From contig CAYRPF010000002.1 in the NCBI GenBank assembly GCA_964426185.1, positions 1,387 through 33,386 of the forward strand: DNA of 32,000 nt, given 5' to 3'. How positions within the stretch are numbered: position 1 is the stretch's first letter; every line of letters begins with the position of its first letter. A model generated the notes under the pieces. The model searched no databases. It saw only the letters and a program-made list of their open reading frames with translations, and was not told where the DNA came from. This stretch comes from an uncultured archaeon (GTDB taxonomy: Archaea > Asgardarchaeota > Lokiarchaeia > Sigyniarchaeales > Promethearchaeaceae). The position numbers and the translations under genes are program-made. Shown piece by piece: positions 9,312-17,259 of the stretch.

Positions 9312-9905
9312 ATGAAAATGATTGAAACACCATATATCGAAGTTGAAATTATCAGTAGTCAAGACCCAAAACAAAAAATTTTAGATATGTTAAAGCAAAG
9401 GGCAAAAAAAAATCATCATGTGAAATCTCATTTTAAGGGTACTCCCGAGAATCCTATTTTAAGGGTTGATTATGACTCCCTTGAGCAATTTAAGGCCGGA
9501 TATAATCGTGATCGTTTAATATACGAAAATTTCATTAAATTCATTAATCTACAAGAAGTTTCATTCAGTAAGATCCCTCTGCGCAAGATCAGAATAGAAG
9601 ATGATGATATTTATCTAATTATGAAGTACCGAACGAATTGTAAGGAACCTATTCGAAATAATTATAATTTTACTTTTCGCATCATTGAATTAATTGGTTT
9701 AGGGGCTTCATTTGAAGAAGTTCAAGATGGATTTATTCTTTTTTATCAAACTAAAGAGGATTTTAAGATTGGATTGATGGATTTGCTTAATCTGGAAGAA
9801 GTAAGGACATATCTTGATTCTATTGGGATGTTAATCCCCTCTATTGAACGCTTTCTAAATCAGATCCAAGATAAAACTTTTAAAAAACCTCCAAAGTTGA
9901 CATGA
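9312..9905 (+). CDS. Hypothetical protein, possibly two tandem alpha/beta units
   Basis: 197-aa ORF divergent from glpA; 3' end overlaps the methyltransferase 3' end by 26 bp. Confidence 0.7.
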   Translation: MKMIETPYIEVEIISSQDPKQKILDMLKQRAKKNHHVKSHFKGTPENPILRVDYDSLEQFKAGYNRDRLIYENFIKFINLQEVSFSKIPLRKIRIEDDDIYLIMKYRTNCKEPIRNNYNFTFRIIELIGLGASFEEVQDGFILFYQTKEDFKIGLMDLLNLEEVRTYLDSIGMLIPSIERFLNQIQDKTFKKPPKLT

Positions 9906-12900
9906 ATCTTTGATTGAGAAGTTTGGTAATTAAAACTGCATCCGGATGAATTTTTACCCCGTTGCAATAGACTTGGGCATAGTCCGTTAGTGATAAAGCG
10001 AATTTTGTTTTGATTAAACCTTGCCATTCTTTATCTTCCCAATTTAATGAAACATCCATCAATGATATTGGGCTTTTAACCAGATCTTGCCAAATGACGA
10101 GTATTTTTCCGTCTTTGGCATTAGACACTCCCTCCACTAAAATATATTCACGCGATTTGTAATGGATGCGTTGGATATTTGGGCATGTAATTCGTAAAAG
10201 GAAATTGACAGTGGTTATAAAATCTACGTGTTTCACCGTTATCACTCCATCTGAGAGGCCGTACATCCAATAACCAAAGGGTGATAGAATTGCTTGAGGT
10301 CGCACAGAGATTTCCCAACCGTTAGATCGTAATTTTAAACCATAAGCCAGATGAAATGGATCTTCTGGGTGTTTCCCAGTGATAATCTCAAGGTCAGGAA
10401 ACGGTGGAGGAATGATATTCAACCAAACGTCTAAGTATTGCTCCAATTCTCCGTACTTAATTATACCCGAAAAACCTGTGGATGCGACTGGATGTCCATC
10501 ACGCCATTTGGATGAAATCATTAATTTTTTCAGCCGGGATAGAAGCACAGAATCAAACCATCTGCCTTGTTCAATTAAAATGAATTTTCGGGCTCCACCA
10601 TCGCTAGAATTCAAATCAATTACAGCTTGTGCTGTGGTTCCAGAGCCAGCAAAAAAATCTAAAATTATTCCAGATGAACGGCTAAAAGTAACTGCCCTAA
10701 TCAAATATTTTATTAATTCGGTTGGTTTCGAGTAGTCAAAGGGAGATATGCCGAAAAGATCTTTCATTTCTTTATTTGCATCGGTATTGGTGGGAAGATC
10801 ATTCACTTTCTTCGATAGCAGTGTGGTAGGTGCTTTAATAATGGGTTTATCATAACAGCGCGCTATAGTCGGGCGTAAGCTATCAATAGATTTTACATGA
10901 ATAATTCCACCTTTTTTGATTTCAGCATTAATTCTTTCTTGTTTCCACTTAAATCTTCCTTCTAAGTGTAAATTTTGTGATGGAATACCATTATTGACTG
11001 TTATCGGGCCGTTTAACAAGGTGATTTGGAGTTTACCTTTACCGTAAATTCCTGGATCAAGTGTGCCATCCCAATCATTCGCAATTAGCAGATTCTGACG
11101 GGGAAGGATGCGCCTTGAGATATTGTTTCCAATATTTATCAATTCTGTGAGCTTCTTAGGATTTCCCAAACTTCCCATTAATGGAATGGAGTTTGCTGTG
11201 AGTTTTCCCCCTAAAATATATTCCGTAACTGTAATTAACTCTTTTGATAGATAAGAAGGCTGAGTTTTCTTATGCCAAATAATATTATCAAAGGTATATG
11301 GAAAAACACTTTGAAACATCAAAGAATACGGCAGAAATTCGTTATCATCAATGCTGGAAAAAAAGATTCCCTTCTGTGAAAGTAATTCTCGAGCCATGAT
11401 CAAGCGATTTTTAAGAAATGTGAGCCAATGTTCCCGAATGAAGCGATCTTGATAGATCATATCTTGATTTCCGGTATTATAGGGAGGATCAATATAGATA
11501 ACATCACATTTCTGTGATGATACACATGAAAGTATGTTAAGTGCTTGCCAATTTTCACTTTTCAAGCAAAATCCGGCCATTCGATTGGAATAATCCCAAA
11601 GATAGGGAAGTGTTTGACGGTATTCTTGAGGTGAAAGGAGTTTTGTATCTATAATTTGTAGCACAGTTGAAGATGGATTAGTTTCAAGAATTTTTTCGAT
11701 ATTCTTTTCTTTGCTTTTTTTATTATTTTCTTCTTTAATTTGGCTGAAATTTTGCATAGTTTCTTGATCTTGGAGCAGAGCTTGATATGATTTTGAATGC
11801 AATTTACATGTCGAAATCACTTCTGGAATGCTGATCAAGTAGTTTGTATTCAGAAAAAACTTCGGTTTGCGAAAAAAGAGGATCTTTAGCGATTCCAACT
11901 TACTGATAGTGTCAATTATTTGGGTAATTATTGCTTTAAACAAGGAGATAGATAATCGGTATTCTTGATAATCTTTTTCAAATTTTTGGACTTGGTTTAA
12001 TTCAGTTGCTTTATCGGCTGATTTATCCCTTGAATTGTCCCATTTTGTAGGATTTTCGATCGATTTCACCCATTGCAGCTGTTTTTGCTCGATAAAATTT
12101 AACACTGCATTATTTAAACAATGTTTACAAAGTGGATATAATTCCAAAAACTGTGACCGTCGTGAATAAAAAATTTCAAAATTTGAATCAATCGCCCGTG
12201 AAAATTCACGGATATTTTGTTGGATTGGTGCCCATTCTTCGAGTTCTGTTTGAATCAATGATGGAAGCATGTTTATAAAGTTCTGACGAATTTTTCGTTG
12301 TGGGTGGCTAGGAAATTGGATCTTTTCTTGAGGTGTTAAAGAACGATAATCAAACCAAAAAATAAGATGCTCGCGGGATTTTGAAGCATGAAGATGGGGG
12401 ATTGTAGAAGATGGAATATAATATTTCTTGGGGGCATATTTTCCCGCCTTTATGGACTCGTTTTCACGTAAGCAGAAAGTAACTAAGATCTGATGGAATT
12501 GAAACTGCCAAAGTTTGTGATAATGATTCCAATGATGGATTATCACTTCATTATTGCGCCAGTTAAAATCTATCTGAGCAATACGAGGATTCTTTGGGGT
12601 ATTTTTAACGGGATTTGAATATTGGAGTTGGTGGGTCGTATATTGCTCCTTATAAAAATCTTGAATCCAAGCAGTTACTCTACTGACAATCTTTGGATCT
12701 GGCTGACGCTGTTGTAGTAAATTTCTGAGTGTTTGTTGCAGGCTTTCCAACAAAGAAAGTCCAAAATGATGATGAAGAAAAACTTGGCTGATATCGCTAT
12801 GCCACCAATGTTGCGAGACCCATTCTTTTATAAGGTCATTAAAGGTAGAACTGATGAGGGAGACATTTAGATCAAGATTGGGTTCGTTGGATGGGAGCAT
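9880..12900 (-). CDS. Large beta-class N6-adenine DNA methyltransferase (Type III Mod-like)
   Basis: Motif IV IYIDPPYNTG precedes motif I LDFFAGSGTT; also FSSIDDNE, FDYSKPTELI, RKFILIEQ, IKYGELEQY. Confidence 0.88.
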   Translation of the reverse strand: MLPSNEPNLDLNVSLISSTFNDLIKEWVSQHWWHSDISQVFLHHHFGLSLLESLQQTLRNLLQQRQPDPKIVSRVTAWIQDFYKEQYTTHQLQYSNPVKNTPKNPRIAQIDFNWRNNEVIIHHWNHYHKLWQFQFHQILVTFCLRENESIKAGKYAPKKYYIPSSTIPHLHASKSREHLIFWFDYRSLTPQEKIQFPSHPQRKIRQNFINMLPSLIQTELEEWAPIQQNIREFSRAIDSNFEIFYSRRSQFLELYPLCKHCLNNAVLNFIEQKQLQWVKSIENPTKWDNSRDKSADKATELNQVQKFEKDYQEYRLSISLFKAIITQIIDTISKLESLKILFFRKPKFFLNTNYLISIPEVISTCKLHSKSYQALLQDQETMQNFSQIKEENNKKSKEKNIEKILETNPSSTVLQIIDTKLLSPQEYRQTLPYLWDYSNRMAGFCLKSENWQALNILSCVSSQKCDVIYIDPPYNTGNQDMIYQDRFIREHWLTFLKNRLIMARELLSQKGIFFSSIDDNEFLPYSLMFQSVFPYTFDNIIWHKKTQPSYLSKELITVTEYILGGKLTANSIPLMGSLGNPKKLTELINIGNNISRRILPRQNLLIANDWDGTLDPGIYGKGKLQITLLNGPITVNNGIPSQNLHLEGRFKWKQERINAEIKKGGIIHVKSIDSLRPTIARCYDKPIIKAPTTLLSKKVNDLPTNTDANKEMKDLFGISPFDYSKPTELIKYLIRAVTFSRSSGIILDFFAGSGTTAQAVIDLNSSDGGARKFILIEQGRWFDSVLLSRLKKLMISSKWRDGHPVASTGFSGIIKYGELEQYLDVWLNIIPPPFPDLEIITGKHPEDPFHLAYGLKLRSNGWEISVRPQAILSPFGYWMYGLSDGVITVKHVDFITTVNFLLRITCPNIQRIHYKSREYILVEGVSNAKDGKILVIWQDLVKSPISLMDVSLNWEDKEWQGLIKTKFALSLTDYAQVYCNGVKIHPDAVLITKLLNQRFMSTLEVF

Positions 12901-12963
12901 AATTATCTCACATAGGAAATCGCATTAAAGCTTTTTCCTTTTTACCTTAAAAAAATTGATTGA

Positions 12964-13284
12964 TTAATCCAAATATTGATACTCAAACACGGTAGCTAAG
13001 GTTAAAATACCCGCTGGAATCAGTAAACCCCGCACAATTTCCATTTTACCCATCACGAATTTTTCACCTTCATAACCACCAAAACGAATACCAATAATAA
13101 ATCCAATCACGGTTAGAATTACGGCCAATAATAAAGTGGCCAATATTATCCATATTGTGCGCACGGATTTACGATTTGAAAACCAACTTAAGTGATGAGT
13201 CTTAATAGGCTCTTCTTCAAGGATTTCTTCTTCTTCGAGTATTTCAATTTTTTCGTTGGGCATGGAAGATTTTTCTTCGGTCAT
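12964..13284 (-). CDS. Small two-TM membrane protein with acidic N-terminal tail
   Basis: EILEEEEILEEE repeat, followed by two hydrophobic helices. Confidence 0.7.
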   Translation of the reverse strand: MTEEKSSMPNEKIEILEEEEILEEEPIKTHHLSWFSNRKSVRTIWIILATLLLAVILTVIGFIIGIRFGGYEGEKFVMGKMEIVRGLLIPAGILTLATVFEYQYLD

Positions 13285-13433
13285 AAGTGGATAATTAGAT
13301 CATGCATTAAAAAATATTCTTCTTCTACTTCGAATGTGCGTTGAAATAACAAATTTATGAAAAATTATGAAAATTCATGTGATTTCAAGTAAATTAGTGT
13401 TAATCCATTCAAATCCAGAGTTTAATTTTCTTC

Positions 13434-14657
13434 TTAGATATAATTTTTCATATTAGCAATAAAATTGCGAATTATTCTTTTTGCTGCAGGAGCATCCAAA
13501 TTCACATTAGGTGGACAGATCATCAGCAAAATGTAGTATTCGTTGAAGATATGAACTTTGACAAATCCAGTAGCAGTATCGATGCGCAATTCTCTCAAAT
13601 TGGTAAATTTATAATCTGGCAGTATTTTTTCGATGGTGATAATAATTCGATTTGTAGTTCCCACCAGGGTTGCATCATCTAACAGCGTTTTAGAGGAACA
13701 AATCGGTAGACCTGTGCGTTTTTCAATTATCAAAACCGTATATAATGCCAAATCTTCTTTTAATTGATTAGATAATTGATCCAACTTGGAAGATTTAGGC
13801 ATTAAAGTTTCAATTATTTGAGTCCACGCTTTGTAAAGACTCGAATCAAAAATGGAAGTAGGGTAAAAGACTATTTCTCTGTTCGGTTTCCCAGTAGATG
13901 GATCAATTTGAAAGTAATTCACCAGCGAGCGGAATTTCTCCAATATTTTCTGGAAGCGGTCCATTTTATGTATTAAACAAAAGAGTGTTTTACGGTTTTT
14001 TGGCAAATATTGGGGATTTGTGCCCATTTCATTCATTTTTTTTACAGATTTATGCAAGTTTAAACGCATTTCCTCGTAGTGATCCACATCAAAGGAGTCA
14101 ATAACGAATAAAAGTACTGTTGCGTCTTGGAAAAAACTATCATCCGGAAAAAAGGAACCTGATTCCCATATCTCTAACTTCTGACCCCGATTCTGTTTTG
14201 CCAAAAATGAAAAATCTAAGATGTGTTTCTCAATTCTACGAGTCGGCAGTGTAGTTTGAATTTCATTGGCCAATTTTCCTTCAAAAATAATCTGATAAAT
14301 GGATGATTTTCCCGAAAAACCCGTTAATAGGATTTTTACTACTTCGTTGGGTGATCGCAGAGCTTGGTAACTCTGTGTGAATGATTTCTGCTTTTGCAAG
14401 TGTTGTTTTTGAAGTTCTCTCTGTTTTTGCTGGACCTCTAAATATTCAGCCTCGAGATCTCTTAATATTCGGTCCAAGCGATTTTGAGGGAGAAAAATGT
14501 CGTTTTCTTCCAATATATCCGCTAAGTCAGCCTCAATTTCTGAAAAATCAATTATATGGGCACGGTATTCAATACTTCCTTGCTTTAGCACTTGAAACTC
14601 GATTAACTCATCTTTCAACTTCAATAAAACTTCAAAGAATGATCCCGGAATTTTCAT
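13434..14657 (-). CDS. Rag/Gtr-like GTPase-fold protein with N-terminal helical/coiled-coil extension and C-terminal roadblock domain; G1 and G3 degenerate
   Basis: KILLTGFSGKSSIYQIIF, PT (G2), LEIWESG, CLIHKMD (Rag-type G4), TSIFD (Rag-type G5), C-terminal VLIIEKRTGLPICSS roadblock-like. Start placed at ATG 14657 (RBS GGAG/GAGG upstream) rather than TTG 14714. Confidence 0.8.
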   Translation of the reverse strand: MKIPGSFFEVLLKLKDELIEFQVLKQGSIEYRAHIIDFSEIEADLADILEENDIFLPQNRLDRILRDLEAEYLEVQQKQRELQKQHLQKQKSFTQSYQALRSPNEVVKILLTGFSGKSSIYQIIFEGKLANEIQTTLPTRRIEKHILDFSFLAKQNRGQKLEIWESGSFFPDDSFFQDATVLLFVIDSFDVDHYEEMRLNLHKSVKKMNEMGTNPQYLPKNRKTLFCLIHKMDRFQKILEKFRSLVNYFQIDPSTGKPNREIVFYPTSIFDSSLYKAWTQIIETLMPKSSKLDQLSNQLKEDLALYTVLIIEKRTGLPICSSKTLLDDATLVGTTNRIIITIEKILPDYKFTNLRELRIDTATGFVKVHIFNEYYILLMICPPNVNLDAPAAKRIIRNFIANMKNYI

Positions 14658-14720
14658 ATTATCAGATTCCTCTTTCTCCCAACATGCTAAATAATTTTTA
14701 GGTTGAAACACCAATACATC
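14658..14720. promoter_or_regulatory. Putative bidirectional promoter between the two GTPase genes
   Basis: 63-bp gap between divergent ATGs with a central AT box TAAATAATTTTTA (14688-14700). Confidence 0.4.
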
Positions 14721-15314
14721 ATGATGATTAAATTAAAACTCATTGTTGCAGGTGATAAAGATGTTGGAAAAACATCACTCATTCATCGATACATTAATAA
14801 CACTTTTGAATCCGATACCATTTCCACTATAGGCGTTGACTTCATGGTAAAACGATTAATGATGGATGAAACCCCAATCCAATTAAGCCTATGGGATTTT
14901 GCAGGGGAACGGAAGTTTCGGTCGCTCTTTCCTAGTTATATTACGGGATCTTCGGGCGCTTTTATTTTATTCGATATTTCAAATAGGGATTCATTTTTGA
15001 ATCTAGCGGAATGGATGGAGTTAATTAATAGTTCTTCGGGACAGATGGTCAAGTTGCTGGTGATTTCAAAGATAGATTTACAGGAGCAAGCCGCAGTTTT
15101 GGAGGATGAAGTTGCTCAATTTGTGCAAAACTATCAAATTGATTCAGTTTTGAAATGTTCGGCGAAGACAGGCGAGAATGTGGAACAAGTTTTTGAAACC
15201 ATTACAAAAATGATTGTTAAGCAGACTTTACAAGAATGTCCTAATTGCCATGAGAAAATTTCGAAAGATCTACATTTCTGCAGTTTCTGCGGAATTCAAA
15301 TAACAAAAAAATAA
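14721..15314 (+). CDS. Rab-like small GTPase with C-terminal zinc ribbon
   Basis: G1 GDKDVGKT, RabF1 TIGVDF, G3 WDFAGE, RKFRSLFPSY, G4 SKID, G5 SAKTGENV; C-terminal CPNC-x10-CSFC. ATG at 14721 or 14724. Confidence 0.92.
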   Translation: MMIKLKLIVAGDKDVGKTSLIHRYINNTFESDTISTIGVDFMVKRLMMDETPIQLSLWDFAGERKFRSLFPSYITGSSGAFILFDISNRDSFLNLAEWMELINSSSGQMVKLLVISKIDLQEQAAVLEDEVAQFVQNYQIDSVLKCSAKTGENVEQVFETITKMIVKQTLQECPNCHEKISKDLHFCSFCGIQITKK

Positions 15315-15331
15315 AAAGTGTTAAAAGTAAA

Positions 15332-16174
15332 ATGGATGATTTTAGGTCAAAAGTCGAAAAATTGTATGATAAATATGCCGACGATTACAATAGTGAATTT
15401 ATTAAACCTACCTTTAATACATTCCGTTCTGCTCTCTCGTTTTGTAACGATATTCACATCTATTACCTCAAGAAATATCTAACACAAAAAGAAAAGAACA
15501 TCAAAATTGCAGATATTGGAGGAGGTGATGGAATGTGGTCTGAATTTCTTTTAAATTATGGTTTTTCTCACATTACACTCACGGATATATCCCAAAATAT
15601 GCTTGAAATTGCCAAAAAACGCCTTAATTCCATTATCAAACCGAAAAATATCCCATTGTCCCATTTGAATTTTATAAAAGCTGATATCTGTGCAATGCCT
15701 CAAATTCCTTCAAATAAATTTGATGTAACCATATCATTGTACGATCCCGTTTCATATTCTCTTCAACCGAAACAAGCGGTTCAGGAACTTAGCCGAATAA
15801 CTAAATCAGGTGGATTAATTTTTATTTCTTTGGATACAAAATATAGGCGTGTACCTGAATTAATTGAAGCGGGACAGTTGGATAAAGTGGAAGAATTGCT
15901 TCAAACGAGTATATCGTATGATTTTCAGCATCCTCAATATAATGTAGTTTGGGAGGAAATGGAAGCGATTTTTCGAGCTGTGGGAGTTCAAGTTTTAGAG
16001 TTTATCGGCGCTCCGGTATTTGTTCATCAAGTCAAACCAAAAATTTTACGAGAATTGGAAAAACAATCTAACATTAGAGATAGATTGTTAGAAATTGAAT
16101 TAGAATATGGAACCAATCGCTCCTTAATTAACAATGCTGGACATTTGATTTGCATTGGAAGAAAAAACTTGTAA
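15332..16174 (+). CDS. Class I SAM-dependent methyltransferase (weakly CmoM/SmtA-like)
   Basis: Motif I IADIGGGDG, DISQNML, FDVTI; 17 bp downstream of the Rab-like gene. Confidence 0.85.
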   Translation: MDDFRSKVEKLYDKYADDYNSEFIKPTFNTFRSALSFCNDIHIYYLKKYLTQKEKNIKIADIGGGDGMWSEFLLNYGFSHITLTDISQNMLEIAKKRLNSIIKPKNIPLSHLNFIKADICAMPQIPSNKFDVTISLYDPVSYSLQPKQAVQELSRITKSGGLIFISLDTKYRRVPELIEAGQLDKVEELLQTSISYDFQHPQYNVVWEEMEAIFRAVGVQVLEFIGAPVFVHQVKPKILRELEKQSNIRDRLLEIELEYGTNRSLINNAGHLICIGRKNL

Positions 16175-16199
16175 GAAAAAGAGAATTGGATGGAAAAAA

Positions 16200-16871
16200 T
16201 TATACAGCCAGGGAAACAACATGATCCCGACTAATATATGCATGAATGTTCCCAAGTAATTCCTTAACATATTGTTTAGTGGTGCGCTTTTCTTGCTCGA
16301 TTAACTTGAATATCCAATCCGGGGAAATTTCTACCCGAGGCACCAAGACTTTCCTGGTTTTAAAAATTCTGCTAAGACCGCATGATTGCATTATGTAAAT
16401 CAGCGTGAAAGTTTGAAAATCTTGAATTTCTTTCGCTTTGGTCAATGCTCTAATTCGATCAATTATATCCCAATATATTCGTGATTTAATCATCGGATAT
16501 GCCACTCTCATGCCAAATTTTCCGGGATATATTTCTCGTTGTATAATTTTACGTTCGATCATTCTTTCAATCAAACGATCTTGCAGGTTCTGGATATTAC
16601 TCTGGATTTCTGATACCCAGAATTCTATTGATTTGGGATTATCCGATCGAGCAATGTTTCTCAATATTTCATTCAAGATGTGATCCCCGGTCGATTTAGA
16701 TGAAAGCAAAATCACTCTACCTTTACGGCAGAAAATTCGTTTCTTTAAGGCAAGATCCATGAGCAAAGCGCCAGCTATGCCCGATTTTACCTGTTTCCAA
16801 GCGTTAAAAAAAACTTCTGTCCCATATTTGGGATGCAAACTCATCAATATCAATTCTTCAGCAACCAACAT
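16200..16871 (-). CDS. GPP34/GOLPH3/Vps74 family protein
   Basis: MLVAEELILMSL...GIAGALLMDLALKKRI...TGDHILNEIL signature; ATG 16871 preceded by RBS AAGGAG. Confidence 0.85.
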   Translation of the reverse strand: MLVAEELILMSLHPKYGTEVFFNAWKQVKSGIAGALLMDLALKKRIFCRKGRVILLSSKSTGDHILNEILRNIARSDNPKSIEFWVSEIQSNIQNLQDRLIERMIERKIIQREIYPGKFGMRVAYPMIKSRIYWDIIDRIRALTKAKEIQDFQTFTLIYIMQSCGLSRIFKTRKVLVPRVEISPDWIFKLIEQEKRTTKQYVKELLGNIHAYISRDHVVSLAV

Positions 16872-16891
16872 TTTTTTTTTACACTCCTTGA

Positions 16892-16955
16892 TCAACAGGG
16901 TTTCAACAAGGTTCCCGTGTTTTCTAAGTGCCTTATGTTTTCTAAGTTCCCTATT
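16892..16955. repeat. Short tandem direct repeats upstream of GPP34
   Basis: TCAACA(G/A)GGTT twice (period 11, 16892-16913); TGTTTTCTAAGT at 16918-16929 and 16936-16947 (period 18). Confidence 0.7.
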
Positions 16956-16983
16956 TAGCCCTTGTCAATCATTAAGAAAATGA

Positions 16984-17192
16984 TCTCCGGCTACCCTACA
17001 TAAACGCTTTCCCAGCGGTTTATAGGGAGGTATATGGTTACATGTGGAAAATGAAATTCCATATGTGCCATGATGTTTTTCGGAGAAAATTCCATTAATT
17101 CACTTACAGAGCACGGGGTTGAATAATATATTTCACAAGAAGAACATGGTAGCATATGGCACCAGATGCAAATGAAAAATCCATATGTTTCC
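16984..17192 (+). ncRNA. Candidate structured RNA / cis-regulatory leader (three-way junction plus duplicated hairpin)
   Basis: P1 TCTCCGG(16984-90)/TCGGAGA(17080-86) encloses hairpins 16994-17027 and 17034-17071; a related hairpin lies at 17148-17192. G-U pairs occur on the + strand. Confidence 0.4.
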
Positions 17193-17259
17193 TTTGGTAA
17201 TGAAGAAAAGATTGATTTTGTGAGATATTCTTATGCAAAAAGATCTTTTATATATTATT

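Noticed and set aside
14703-14714. Overlapping 5' ends of the two GTPase ORFs as in the ORF track
   Set aside because: Both track starts are TTG; ATGs at 14657 (with RBS) and 14721 give a normal divergent arrangement.
16984-17086. Hammerhead, TPP, purine riboswitch, SRP or RNase P identity for the junction
   Set aside because: None of the diagnostic cores (CUGAnGA/GAAA, CUGAGA, SRP helix 8, GAGGAAAGUCC) is present.
16980-17200. Cobalamin-riboswitch-like words on the minus strand (CCCCGTGCTCTGTAA, GCTGGGAAAG, TAGCCGGAGATC)
   Set aside because: The conserved GGGAA..GGTG.AA.TCC T-loop stem is missing, G-U pairs favour the opposite strand, and the downstream gene is unrelated to B12. Needs an Rfam scan.
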